Below are positions 32,819 through 42,504 of a stretch of DNA of 64,000 nucleotides, piece by piece. The translations under genes were made by a program, and so were the position numbers. Location: NCBI GenBank assembly GCA_958296225.1, contig OY282456.1, positions 2,955,328 to 3,019,327 on the forward strand. Direction: 5' to 3'. This DNA is from an uncultured Dehalococcoidia bacterium (GTDB lineage Bacteria > Chloroflexota > Dehalococcoidia > Lucifugimonadales > UBA3495). The number at the start of each line of letters is the position of its first letter. The first letter of the stretch is position 1. The notes below the pieces were generated by a model. That model was not told the DNA's origin and ran no database searches. It saw only the letters and a list, made by a program, of their open reading frames with translations.

Positions 32819-34395
32819 AAGTCGTTACGGTGGCGCAGATGCAGGCGCTGGAAGCCGCGTCGGAACGGGCCGGAGTCAGCACTGATACGTTAATGGAAAA
32901 CGCCGGGCTGGCTTGCGCCCGTCGGATTCGGGAACGGATGGGCGGCGCGGCCGGCCGCCGGGCGCTGCTGTTGATTGGCCCCGGCAACAACGGCGCCGAC
33001 GGCCTGGTTATCGCCAGACACCTGCGCCGCCGGGGCGCGGAAGTGTGCTGCTATGTGGTGCGGGGCCGGCCGGCCGAGGACCCCAAAATGTCGGATGCGC
33101 TGGCTTATGGCGTAACGGTATTGGACGCTGCGGATGACCCGGACTTGCAGGCTCTCGATACCCAACTGCTTCGTGCCGAGCTGGTGGTTGACGCCATCCT
33201 CGGCGCCGGCCGTTATCGCCCTCTGGATGGCGTAGTCGGCGCCGCCGCGTCGTTGGTCAACCGCCGTCGCCGGGCCAACCCCGGCCGGTCGGTGGTGGCC
33301 GTGGATTTGCCCACCGGCGTCAACCCGGATACCGGAGCGGCGGACGGGCAAACCATTGCGGCGGACGAAACGCTGGCGCTGGGTTTCCCCAAGTTCGGCA
33401 TCGCCAACTTCCCCGGGGCCGGCTATGCGGGCCGCATTACGGCGCTGGACATCGGCCTGCCGTCCGAAGTCGCCGCCGCCGCCCACTTGCCCACGGAGTG
33501 GATGACCAACGCCGCCGCCGCCGCTATCCTGCCGGCCCGCCCTCTGGACTCGCACAAGGGCACTTTCGGCCATCTCTTGATAGTGGCCGGCTCCCGCAAC
33601 TTCGTAGGGGCGGCGTTTCTGGCGGCCCTGGGAGCGCATCGCGTGGGCGCCGGGCTGGTAACTCTGGCAACGCCTGAGTCGGTGTACCGCGTGGCCGCCG
33701 CGAAACTGACCGAAACCATCCACCTGCCCTTGCCGGAAGACGCCGACGGGCGGGTTGACGTTGCGGCGGCCGACCGCATCCGGGAGCGCATCGGCAGTTA
33801 CTCGGCATTGGCGGTCGGGTGCGGCCTGGGCTGGTCTGAAGGCACGCGGGCTTTTGTCCAACGCCTGCTGCTGGACGGCGACGCCGCTCCCGAAGGGCCC
33901 ATGGTGATTGACGCCGACGGCCTCAATAACTTGTCCGGCTGCGCGAACTGGCCCGCCCGTTTGCGCGGCGCGGCGGTGCTGACGCCCCACCCCGGCGAAA
34001 TGGCGACGCTGACCGGCCAGCCCACTGCCGAAATACAGTCCGACCGGCTGGCCGTCGCCAGCGCGTCCGCCGCCAGCTGGGGGCAAACCGTCCTGCTCAA
34101 AGGAGCGCACAGCATCGCAGCGGCGCCCGATGGACGGCGCAGCGTGCTGCCCTTCGCCAACCCGGCGCTGGCCGCCGGCGGCGCGGGCGACGTGCTCACG
34201 GGCATCATCGGCGGCTTGCTGGCCCAGGGCGTGGCGCCCTATGGGGCGGCGGCGTTGGGCGGGTTTTTGCACGGCGCGGCGGCTGATAAAGTGCGCTCCC
34301 GGCGCGGCGACGCCGGCGCCGTCGCCAGCGACCTGCTGGAATGGATTCCCTTGACGATGGCCGCATTGCGGAAACCGGAGGCCGGATATGGTTAG
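32815..34395 (+). CDS. nnr: bifunctional NAD(P)H-hydrate epimerase/dehydratase
   Basis: LMENAG, GNNGADG, DLPTG, HKGTFG, DADGL, LTPHPGE, GAGDVL. Confidence 0.93.
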   Translation: MKVVTVAQMQALEAASERAGVSTDTLMENAGLACARRIRERMGGAAGRRALLLIGPGNNGADGLVIARHLRRRGAEVCCYVVRGRPAEDPKMSDALAYGVTVLDAADDPDLQALDTQLLRAELVVDAILGAGRYRPLDGVVGAAASLVNRRRRANPGRSVVAVDLPTGVNPDTGAADGQTIAADETLALGFPKFGIANFPGAGYAGRITALDIGLPSEVAAAAHLPTEWMTNAAAAAILPARPLDSHKGTFGHLLIVAGSRNFVGAAFLAALGAHRVGAGLVTLATPESVYRVAAAKLTETIHLPLPEDADGRVDVAAADRIRERIGSYSALAVGCGLGWSEGTRAFVQRLLLDGDAAPEGPMVIDADGLNNLSGCANWPARLRGAAVLTPHPGEMATLTGQPTAEIQSDRLAVASASAASWGQTVLLKGAHSIAAAPDGRRSVLPFANPALAAGGAGDVLTGIIGGLLAQGVAPYGAAALGGFLHGAAADKVRSRRGDAGAVASDLLEWIPLTMAALRKPEAGYG

Positions 34396-34813
34396 CCTGA
34401 CACCCGAACAAGCCGCCCGCCTGTCTGCTGCGGCAGTGGGCCATCTGGCCACCGCCGACGCCGCCGGCCGGCCCCACGTCATCCCGGTTTGCTTTGCCTA
34501 TGACGGCAGACACATCTATTCGGCGCTGGATGCCAAACCCAAGCGGGGCAGTCTCACCGACCTGCGGCGGGTTCGCAACATCATCGCCAATCCCCAGGTG
34601 TCGCTGGTCATTGACCACTATGATGAGGACTGGTCAAAGCTGTGGTATTTGCTGGTGCAGGGGCACGCCGAACTGGTTGCGGCGGGCGACGAGCAGGCGG
34701 AGGCAATCGCGCTGCTCCGCGCCAAATACCGGCAATACCAGGATATGGAGCTGGACGCCAACCCGGTTATCAAGATTACCCCGGAGCGGGCTGCCAGGTG
34801 GGTTGGGGGCTGA
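34388..34813 (+). CDS. PPOX-class F420-dependent oxidoreductase (Rv0121-like)
   Basis: LATAD..GRPHVIPVCF, DAKPK..LRRVRNI..NP, DHYDEDW. Confidence 0.85.
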   Translation: MVSLTPEQAARLSAAAVGHLATADAAGRPHVIPVCFAYDGRHIYSALDAKPKRGSLTDLRRVRNIIANPQVSLVIDHYDEDWSKLWYLLVQGHAELVAAGDEQAEAIALLRAKYRQYQDMELDANPVIKITPERAARWVGG

Positions 34814-34953
34814 GCGACTGGCAGCGTTCCGTTTCAGGTGGTTTGGCTATTCCTCTGAGGTAGTGGGTGAGGTGGTGGGCTGGGTTCATTGGCGATGCTC
34901 CTTGCTGGTTCAGGCTATCGGGGTTAGGGTGGCTGTCGGGATGCGGTGTGCGG

Positions 34954-35176
34954 GCCAGAGGTTACCGGTCATTGTCAGCCCCACGGCCGGGGGATTTACG
35001 CAAAGTTTTGCTCCGATGGTTCGTGAACTACGCTTTAAGGGCGCAGCCACGCAGCGCGGTGGCAGTCGCTGTTGGCCGGTTAGACCGTTCTCGCGTAAGC
35101 ATTGGACGAGGGGTCTCCACGACGCCGGTATGCGATTTTGTGCTGACTGGCCGTTGATGACCGGTTGACCTCTGGC
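34954..35176 (-). ncRNA. putative structured ncRNA carried by the MITE, copy 1
   Basis: Closing long-range helix 34954-34972/35157-35176; downstream of promoter 35204-35232; much better conserved between copies than the flanks. Confidence 0.55.
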
Positions 35177-35203
35177 GGGACTGAGAATCACGTGATAGAT
35201 TGC

Positions 35204-35232
35204 AGTATAGTACCGATGTTCGTTGTTGTCAA
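35204..35232 (-). promoter_or_regulatory. near-consensus sigma70 promoter inside the MITE
   Basis: TTGACA-N17-TATACT; hexamers conserved in copy 2 while the spacer varies. Confidence 0.8.
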
Positions 35233-35248
35233 AGGGGGGGTGTCAGTG

Positions 35249-36324
35249 GGTAGCGTTCCGTTTTAGGTGGTTTAGTTGTAGGATGGCTGCAAATACCGGC
35301 TCCGGAGTCAGAGGGAGGGGCGCTGCCATGGGACTGCTTTACGACTTGGAAACCCGGCTGGAGCAGCAGATACCCGTCCAGCTGCAACAGTCGTTGCAGC
35401 TGGCTTTGGATGATTACCAGCCCCTCTGCCCGGACTGCGGTTTAGCGATGCACCGGCATCATCGGTACGCCCGTACTATCACCACCCGCTACGGGGCAAT
35501 TCGGTTGCAGATGCCCGTGTTCCGCTGCGGCCAGTGCGGCCGGATGGCCAGCGGCGCCGACCTGCTGGGCGAAGCAGAACGTCATCAAAGGTACTCAAAA
35601 AAACCCGCGAACTAGCCATCAAACTGGCGGCGCAGGGGTTGAGCTACGCCCAGAGCGGCCAGTGGTTCGGGTTCGTTAAAAGCACCATGTGCCGCTGGCT
35701 GCGACGGGAGCCAATAGCACAGCCGGAGTTGCGGGGGCGGGTGTTGGAGCTCGACGGATTGTGGACCAGAACGCGGGCCGGAGCTACGGAATTGAAGGTC
35801 ATCCGAGATGAAAACGGCGTGGCTCTGGGGGCCTTTGGAGGTTGGGAAGAGGTGATTGACCAGGCCTGGCGGCAGGGAGCGGTTCAGCCGGCGCATCTGG
35901 TGAGCGACGGGGATGCGGCCATCGCCGCGGGCATCCGGATGGTCTATGGCCGGCAAGCGCCCCACCAGCTCTGCCATTTTCACCTGCTGCGGGAGTACCG
36001 GCGGAACATTGGGGAGACTGGTTGGCGGGAGGCGCGGCGACTGCTGGCGTCGTCCGGCCTGGCGGAGGCCCGGGGCTATGCGGCGCGGGTGGCCGCGTTG
36101 ACCGGAGGCCAGGGGACGTACTGGTGTCGGAAAGCCCTGGAGAAAGGACTGCGCCATTTAGCCACCGGGCAAGCGCGATTCAAGACAACCTCCCCTTTGG
36201 AACGGCACAACCGGGAGTTGCGGCGGCGGGAAAAGATGGGCACCGTATGGACACCGCACAACCTGCTGGTATTGCTCCAAAACCGGGGCCTGCTCAACCA
36301 AACCACCTAAAACGGAACGCTACC
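35249..36324 (+). mobile_element. insertion sequence, IS256/Mutator-like superfamily, with -1 frameshift
   Basis: 30-bp IRs with 1 mismatch (GGTAGCGTTCCGTTTTAGGTGGTTT); 8-bp TSD TGTCAGTG at 35241-35248 and 36325-36332. Confidence 0.9.
35328..36310 (+). CDS. DDE transposase made of two ORFs joined by a -1 frameshift at A7C (35597-35604)
   Basis: Zn ribbon CPDC..CGQC; ELDG, VSDG, QLCHFH, TTSPLERHNRELRRR motifs. Confidence 0.8.
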
Positions 36325-36579
36325 TGTCAGTGGGCAGGGGCAAAGTGCGGTCGGTGGGTTTTGCGGACGCCGGAGCGGGAGCGCTACCCTTCTCCCAACC
36401 CTCTCCCGCAAGGGGAGAGGGCTTTAATGACTTTGCAAAACCCCGACCGCCGGCAACGGAACGCTACCTGAAGGGACTTCGCGTCTTGACCGTACTGGCG
36501 GCGGCCCCTAGAATGCCGGCAACCGGCGCGGGGCATCCGGGCCGTCAGGTGCAGGTTCCCCCGTGGTGTGCAGGTTTCT

Positions 36580-37293
36580 ATGACGCAACTGGTTTTTATT
36601 CACGGCCCCGGCGCCGGCGGGTGCGCCGATTCCTACGTCAATCAGCTGTCCCATTACCCCGGCAGCCTGGCTCCGCACCTGCCCGGCCATCTGGACGGTA
36701 CGCCGTGCCGCAGCGTGGAGCGGTACACCGACTGGCTGCGGGGCTGGCTGCACGCGCAGGGACTCAACCGCGACCTGGTGCTGAGCGGGTTCACGCTGGG
36801 GGCTTGCATCGCGTTGCAATATGCCCTGGACTACCCGGAGGAAGTCCAGGGGCTGGCGCTGATGACCATTGCCATGCGCCCCAAGCAGCGGCGGCCCCAG
36901 GATTTGCAGTTCCGCCTGGACGCCGCAGAGAATGACGAAACCTACGCGCAATGGCTGGGCGTTATGGACGGCGTGATGCACTTCATTGAACCGGATTTGC
37001 GGGCGAAACTGCTGGCCCGGCACCGGCAGGTCGGGCCGCTGGCCCAGCATAGCGACCTGGTGGTGATTGACCGCTTTGACGTGCGGGACCGAATCCATAC
37101 CCTGCAAACCCCGCTGCTGCTGATTCAGGGAGTGGATGACCCGCTGGCGACGGGAGATTACGAAGCGGAAATCCACCGCGCCGTCCCCGGGTCAAAACTT
37201 ATCCGGATGAAAGACGCCGGACATTTCCCGATGGTGGAAAAGCCGGCCGCGGTCAACGCCGCCATCGACCAGTTCCTGGCCACCCTCGGCTAG
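36580..37293 (+). CDS. alpha/beta hydrolase fold protein
   Basis: LVFIHG, GFTLGA nucleophile elbow (Thr in place of Ser), AGHF. Confidence 0.8.
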   Translation: MTQLVFIHGPGAGGCADSYVNQLSHYPGSLAPHLPGHLDGTPCRSVERYTDWLRGWLHAQGLNRDLVLSGFTLGACIALQYALDYPEEVQGLALMTIAMRPKQRRPQDLQFRLDAAENDETYAQWLGVMDGVMHFIEPDLRAKLLARHRQVGPLAQHSDLVVIDRFDVRDRIHTLQTPLLLIQGVDDPLATGDYEAEIHRAVPGSKLIRMKDAGHFPMVEKPAAVNAAIDQFLATLG

Positions 37294-37390
37294 CTAACCC
37301 GTAAAATCGGAATCAGTCAAAATCCGGTTCATCTGTGCCGGTTCATCCTGTGCATTGATATAAAGAACCCAAACCGTAAGGAGCGTCACC

Positions 37391-39037
37391 GTGGACGGAG
37401 TTACCGCTGTAGCCAACATTTTGAAGATGGAAGGCGTGGAATGGATTGGCGTTATGCCATCCAACCCGCTGATTGAGGCGGCAGCCATCGCCGGCATCCG
37501 TCCGGTGGTGTGCCGGCAGGAACGCACCGGGGTGCATATGGCCGACGGGTTCTCCCGCGTCACCAACGGCAGAAAGACCGGCATTTTTCTGGCGCAGAAC
37601 GGCCCCGGCGCCGAAAACGCCTTTGGCGGCGTCGCCCAGGCATACGCCGACTCGGTGCCGATTCTGGTGCTGCCGGCCGGCGTGGCCCGCCGCCGGGTGG
37701 GCGTGGAGCCGAACTTCCACCCGGTGCGCGCCTACGAGTCCATCACCAAATGGGCGGCCCACGTCAACTTCGCCGACCGGGTGCCGGAACTGATGCGGCA
37801 GGCGTTCACCAAGCTGCGCTCCGGCAAGCCCGGCCCGGTGCTGCTGGAAATCCCCCAGGACCTGGCCGCGGATGAAATCAGCGAAGAGGATTTCGACTAC
37901 ATCCCGCCGGTTCAGATGCGTACCGCCGCTGACCCGGCGGCCATCAGCCGCGGCGTGCGCGGCCTCCTGTCGGCCCGCCGCCCGGTCATCATGGCCGGCC
38001 AGGGGGTGATGTACGCCGAGGCCACCGACGAACTGCTGGAGCTGGCGGAGTTTCTGCAAATCCCCGTGCTGACCACGCTGGAGGGCAAGAGCGCCTTCCC
38101 TGAGAATCATCCGCTGTCCTTGGGAGTGGGCGGGTCCAGCCAGACCGGGCCGGTGCATCGTTTCCTGACCAATGCCGACGTGGTATTTGGCGTGGGCGTG
38201 AGCTTCACCAAAAGCGGTTTCACGGTGCCGATACCGCCGGGCAAGACGCTAATCCACCTGACCAACGGCGACGGCGACATCAACAAGGATTACCGCGCCG
38301 AATACCCCATCCTCGGCGACGCCAAGTTGGCCCTGCGGCAGTTTATCGACGCGCTGAAAGCCCAGGGCGCGCAACAGCGCGCGCCCAACCAGGAACTGGC
38401 CGATGAAATCACCGCCAGCCGCGAGGCGTGGCTGGCCGAATGGCTGCCCCGTCTGACCAGCGACGAAGTGCCCCTGAATCCCTACCGCGTGGTTTGGGAC
38501 ATCATGCACACCGTTGACCTGGACAACACGATTGTCACCCACGAATCGGGCAGCCCCCGCGAGCAGGTGTCGCCCTTCTGGGAAGCCCGCGCCCCGCGCA
38601 GCTTTATCGGTTGGGGCAAGTCAACGCAGCTGGGGTATAGCCTGGGCCTGGCCATGGGCGCGAAAATGGCCGCTCCCGAAAAGACCGTTATCAACTTTAT
38701 GGGCGATGCCGCCTTCGGCATGGTGGGCCTGGACGTGGAGACGGCGGTGCGGGCCAACATCCCCATCACGACCATCGTGATGAACAACTCGACGATGGCG
38801 ATTTACCCCGACAGCCGCATTCCCACCGCCGTGGAGCGTTACGGCCTCAAAGACCTGAGCGGCGACTTCTACCAGGTAGCCGTGGCCCTGGGCGCCTACG
38901 CCGAGCAGATTCACGCCCCCGATGAAATCAAGCCCGCCATGCAGCGCGCGATGCAAGCCAACGCCGACGGCCGGCCGGCACTGCTGGAATTCATCACCAA
39001 AGAGGAAGGCACCTTCTCCAAGTTCCGGTTTGACTAG
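37391..39037 (+). CDS. thiamine pyrophosphate-dependent enzyme (acetolactate synthase-like family)
   Basis: RQER..HMADG, GPG..N, GDAAFGM...NN TPP motif. Confidence 0.9.
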   Translation: MDGVTAVANILKMEGVEWIGVMPSNPLIEAAAIAGIRPVVCRQERTGVHMADGFSRVTNGRKTGIFLAQNGPGAENAFGGVAQAYADSVPILVLPAGVARRRVGVEPNFHPVRAYESITKWAAHVNFADRVPELMRQAFTKLRSGKPGPVLLEIPQDLAADEISEEDFDYIPPVQMRTAADPAAISRGVRGLLSARRPVIMAGQGVMYAEATDELLELAEFLQIPVLTTLEGKSAFPENHPLSLGVGGSSQTGPVHRFLTNADVVFGVGVSFTKSGFTVPIPPGKTLIHLTNGDGDINKDYRAEYPILGDAKLALRQFIDALKAQGAQQRAPNQELADEITASREAWLAEWLPRLTSDEVPLNPYRVVWDIMHTVDLDNTIVTHESGSPREQVSPFWEARAPRSFIGWGKSTQLGYSLGLAMGAKMAAPEKTVINFMGDAAFGMVGLDVETAVRANIPITTIVMNNSTMAIYPDSRIPTAVERYGLKDLSGDFYQVAVALGAYAEQIHAPDEIKPAMQRAMQANADGRPALLEFITKEEGTFSKFRFD

Positions 39038-39164
39038 AACCGCCGCCACCTTTGACTAGAACCGTCGCCACGTCCGGCCGGTTCTGCAACCCGCAGGGGC
39101 GAATAATCATTCGCCCCTGACCCGGCCGGCGCGGCGACGACAAGCGGAATGGGGACGGAACATC

Positions 39165-40280
39165 ATGCCAGTCGCACCCGCCATCCCGGAGCACGAAAAC
39201 GCTATCACCGCGAACTGGATTCAGCAAGCGATGGCCGCCGGCGGCCGGCCCGATTTTCCGGCCATAGAGAGCGTCGCCGTTGCCGACATTGGCGCCGGGG
39301 TTGGAATGGTGGGGAAAATCCTGCGCTGCCGTCTGACCTACCGCGATAGCGCCGGCGGCGGCCCGGAGAGCATTATCGTCAAGCTGCCCAGCGCGCACCC
39401 GGAGACGTTGCAGGTTGCCAAAAGGCTGCAACTGTACCAGCGCGAATACGCCTACTACCGTCAGCTCGCGCCGCACGTGCCGCTCCGGTCGCCGGCGCTG
39501 CTGTATGGCGACTTTGCAGACGACAGCCATCGCTTTGTCCTGGCGCTGGAAGACCTGGGAGCTATGACGACGGTGGACCAGATTGACGGGGCCGGCGCGA
39601 CGCCGGCGAAAGTCGCCGTCCGGGCGGTGGCCGGGATGCACGGCCTCTATTGGGACAAAGTGAACCGGCCGCCGGTGTCCGGTTTTCACGATTCCGCCAG
39701 CCGGGAACGCCGGCTGTTGACTCAGGCCGCCTATCAGGCCAACCTGCGCCCCGCGCTCAATCGCTTTGGCGCCCTTTTCCCCAGCCGGATGCGCCGGTTG
39801 GCGGAAGAATATGGGCCGCGGGTTGCCGCGCACCTGGACGACATCGCCGCCGGCCCCAGCACTTTCACCCACGGCGATTTCCGGCTGGACAATATGTTTT
39901 TCGGCGCCGGCGACAATGGGGATTTCGCGGTTGTTGACTGGCAGGTTTGCGGCATCGCCAGCGGCCTGCGCGACGTGGCCTATTTCTTATCCTCCAGTGT
40001 GGCGACCGAGGTTCGCCGGGAGATTGAGCGCGAGGCGTTGGCGGAGTACTACGACATCATTCACAGCATGGGAGCGGAAGACTTCACGTTTGAGCAATGT
40101 TGGCGCAGCTATCGCCAGAATATGCTTGGCTGTTTCCTGACGCCGATTATTGCGGGCGGCCAGCTGGACTTGACCGGCGACCGGAGCCGCCAACTGGCCG
40201 AGGTATTTCTGCGGCGAACCCTGACGGCCATTGAGGACCTGGAAGCCCGGGAATTTCTGCCGGGGCGTCCTGGGTCTTAA
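39165..40280 (+). CDS. aminoglycoside/choline kinase-like phosphotransferase (EcKinase-like)
   Basis: RE..YY, LEDL, HGDFRLDN, VDWQ. Confidence 0.85.
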   Translation: MPVAPAIPEHENAITANWIQQAMAAGGRPDFPAIESVAVADIGAGVGMVGKILRCRLTYRDSAGGGPESIIVKLPSAHPETLQVAKRLQLYQREYAYYRQLAPHVPLRSPALLYGDFADDSHRFVLALEDLGAMTTVDQIDGAGATPAKVAVRAVAGMHGLYWDKVNRPPVSGFHDSASRERRLLTQAAYQANLRPALNRFGALFPSRMRRLAEEYGPRVAAHLDDIAAGPSTFTHGDFRLDNMFFGAGDNGDFAVVDWQVCGIASGLRDVAYFLSSSVATEVRREIEREALAEYYDIIHSMGAEDFTFEQCWRSYRQNMLGCFLTPIIAGGQLDLTGDRSRQLAEVFLRRTLTAIEDLEAREFLPGRPGS

Positions 40281-40427
40281 CCGGGATTGAAACTGCAAAG
40301 CATCCACCGGCCGGATGCAGCGACCAATTTGCCGGCCGGCGAATTGCTGACAGCAGCCCGTAGCGCAACCGCCGTCCGGCGGTTTAAACTGGCCGGCGAT
40401 GCTGATTCGCGTGGGAGTGGATAGATA

Positions 40428-41309
40428 ATGGTTATCGCCGGCTCGCCAGCTGAAGTGACTGCCCTGGAAGATTTCCGGGCCGAACTGGACCGGATTATCG
40501 CCGGCGCTCCCGTGGCGCCGGCGCCGGCAGCCTCGGCCCCGGCAGCCTCGTCCAATGATTGCGCTGCCACCGCGCCGGCGCCGCCGCAATCCCGTCGCCC
40601 GGCGGCGGTCGCTTACCAACCCACCATCAGCCAGCTGCCGGCCAGCGAGCGGCCACGGGAACGCCTGCGGGAGCATGGCCCCCGCTACCTGAATAATGCC
40701 GAACTGGTTGCCATCCTGCTGCGAACCGGAACCAGGGGCGAAAACGCCGTCAACCTGGCCCAGCGTATCATCGCGGAGTTTGAGGGGCTGGCCGGTTTGG
40801 CCAGGGCCGGGTATGGAGAATTGTGCCGGCAACACGGGGTGAGAGACGCCAAGACTTCCATGATTATGGCCGCGCTGGAGCTGGGCCGCCGGATTGCGTC
40901 GCTGGCCCCGGAAGAGCGGGCGCAAATTTCCTGCCCGCAGGATGCCGCCAATCTGGTTTTGTCGGAAATGTCGCTGCTGGCGCAGGAAAATCTGGTTGTC
41001 CTGCTATTGAACACCCGCAACCAGGTGGTGGGCAAACGCACTATTTACATCGGCACGGTGAACAGCAGCGCGGTGCGCCCCGCCGAAGTGCTGCGCCCGG
41101 CCATCCGCGAAAATGCTCCGTCCATCATCGTCGTGCATAACCACCCGTCGGGCGACCCAACGCCCAGCCCGGAAGACGTGTCCGTAACCCGCGACCTGGC
41201 TGCCGCCGGCAAACTGATGGACATTGAACTGCTGGACCACCTGGTTATCGGCCAGGGCGGCCGGTTCGCCAGCCTGAAAGAAAAAAAGCTCGGCTTCGAC
41301 CGAACCTGA
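40428..41309 (+). CDS. radC: RadC family JAB-domain protein
   Basis: ERPRERL, ELVAILLRTG, HNHPSGDPTPSPED, LLDHLVIG; start uncertain. Confidence 0.9.
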   Translation: MVIAGSPAEVTALEDFRAELDRIIAGAPVAPAPAASAPAASSNDCAATAPAPPQSRRPAAVAYQPTISQLPASERPRERLREHGPRYLNNAELVAILLRTGTRGENAVNLAQRIIAEFEGLAGLARAGYGELCRQHGVRDAKTSMIMAALELGRRIASLAPEERAQISCPQDAANLVLSEMSLLAQENLVVLLLNTRNQVVGKRTIYIGTVNSSAVRPAEVLRPAIRENAPSIIVVHNHPSGDPTPSPEDVSVTRDLAAAGKLMDIELLDHLVIGQGGRFASLKEKKLGFDRT

Positions 41310-41328
41310 CCAGTGAGGAGTTATTGCC

Positions 41329-41661
41329 ATGAGCGATTATTTTCTGCGCCCGGACTGCCGGGGCTACAAGGAACTGGCGGAGGGCGCCCGCACCCGGACT
41401 TTCTGGGGCGCGCAGATGCTGTTCTCTCTGGTGGAAGTGGACGCCGGCGCTACGGTGCCGTTGCACACCCACCCCCACGAGCAGGGCGGCATCATTGTTG
41501 AAGGCGAGCTGGAAATGGGGATTGGCGGCGAAGTTCGCGTCCTGCAACCCGGCGATATGTACATCATCCCCGGCGACGTGGAGCATTACGCCAAAGGACA
41601 GGACACCAAAGCCGTCGCCCTGGATATATTCAGTCCGGTGCGGGAAGAGTTCCAATACTAG
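41329..41661 (+). CDS. cupin domain protein
   Basis: HTHPHEQ...PGDVEH, DIFSPVRE. Confidence 0.9.
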   Translation: MSDYFLRPDCRGYKELAEGARTRTFWGAQMLFSLVEVDAGATVPLHTHPHEQGGIIVEGELEMGIGGEVRVLQPGDMYIIPGDVEHYAKGQDTKAVALDIFSPVREEFQY

Positions 41662-42482
41662 GCGCGGTCGCCGAAATAGTCGGCCACCGCCAGCACCAGA
41701 TTGCCCATGTGCGGGTGGGCCGGCTCAACGTCCACGCCGATGCCGTATTCGCGCAGCTGGCGCGTGCAGACCGGCCCCACAGAGGCGACGGCCACCGGCC
41801 CGGCCAGGCTGCGGCGCAAGGATTCCGCCCGCCCGGCGCCGGCGGCAATTGCGAGCAGGTTAGGCACCTGGGGCCGGCTGGTAAAGGCCAGAGCGTCAAC
41901 CGCGCCCCGTTCCATCCGGTCAATCAGTTCCAGGACGGGGCCGGTATCGTCCGGCAGTCCCCAGTCATACAGCGTCAGTTCCCGGTAGATTGCGCCCTGC
42001 TCACGCAAGTAGGCGGGGAGTTCCGAATCCGGGCCGCCATACCGCTGAAAGACGACCTGTTGGCCACGCAGGGGCAGGTCGGACATAGCGGCGGTCAAAT
42101 CCGACGACGTATAAGGCTCCGGCGGCATAATGTCAATGGGGATTTGGTGGCGGCGCAGTATTCGCCCCGGCTTGGGGCTGCGGGCGACGACGGTGATTGC
42201 ACGCAGCGCCGCCTCAAACTCGGCTTGCCGCCCCATAACGTCGGCAATGCCCATCATGGCGTTGGCGCCCACGCCGGTGAGAAAGATGGCGGTATCGACC
42301 CGGCCCGCGCAGATGTCAATGATAGCCTGCTGAACTTCGGGGCTGTCCGTCAGGTAGTTTTCCTGCAAGACCGGAGCGGCGTAAGGCACGCCGCCATGCC
42401 GCCGGATGAGGCCGGCCATGGCGTCGGGCATTCGCGCTTCGACGAAGGCCAGCACTCGCCCGTTCAGGGATGTTGCAGCCAT
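41658..42482 (-). CDS. hemD: uroporphyrinogen-III synthase
   Basis: IFLTGVG, FTSRPQV, ASVGPVC motifs; directly downstream of a siroheme enzyme. Confidence 0.8.
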   Translation of the reverse strand: MAATSLNGRVLAFVEARMPDAMAGLIRRHGGVPYAAPVLQENYLTDSPEVQQAIIDICAGRVDTAIFLTGVGANAMMGIADVMGRQAEFEAALRAITVVARSPKPGRILRRHQIPIDIMPPEPYTSSDLTAAMSDLPLRGQQVVFQRYGGPDSELPAYLREQGAIYRELTLYDWGLPDDTGPVLELIDRMERGAVDALAFTSRPQVPNLLAIAAGAGRAESLRRSLAGPVAVASVGPVCTRQLREYGIGVDVEPAHPHMGNLVLAVADYFGDRA

Positions 42483-42504
42483 AGCCAGCAGTCCGCGGCC
42501 GCCG

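Larger units (their letters stand above)
34820..36468. mobile_element. MITE-like element copy 1, interrupted by a nested IS
   Basis: Termini GGCAGCGTTCCGTT...AACGGAACGCTACC; collinear with 58280-58835 once 35249-36324 is removed. Confidence 0.85.

Noticed and set aside
34954-35176. MITE RNA as tmRNA, RNase P, SRP or a cobalamin/SAM riboswitch
   Set aside because: Signature motifs not found by eye, and it is multicopy within mobile ends; 6S cannot be fully excluded without cmscan
34494-35191. ORFs of 93-224 aa across the MITE
   Set aside because: Frames are broken by indels between copies 1 and 2, favouring a non-coding role
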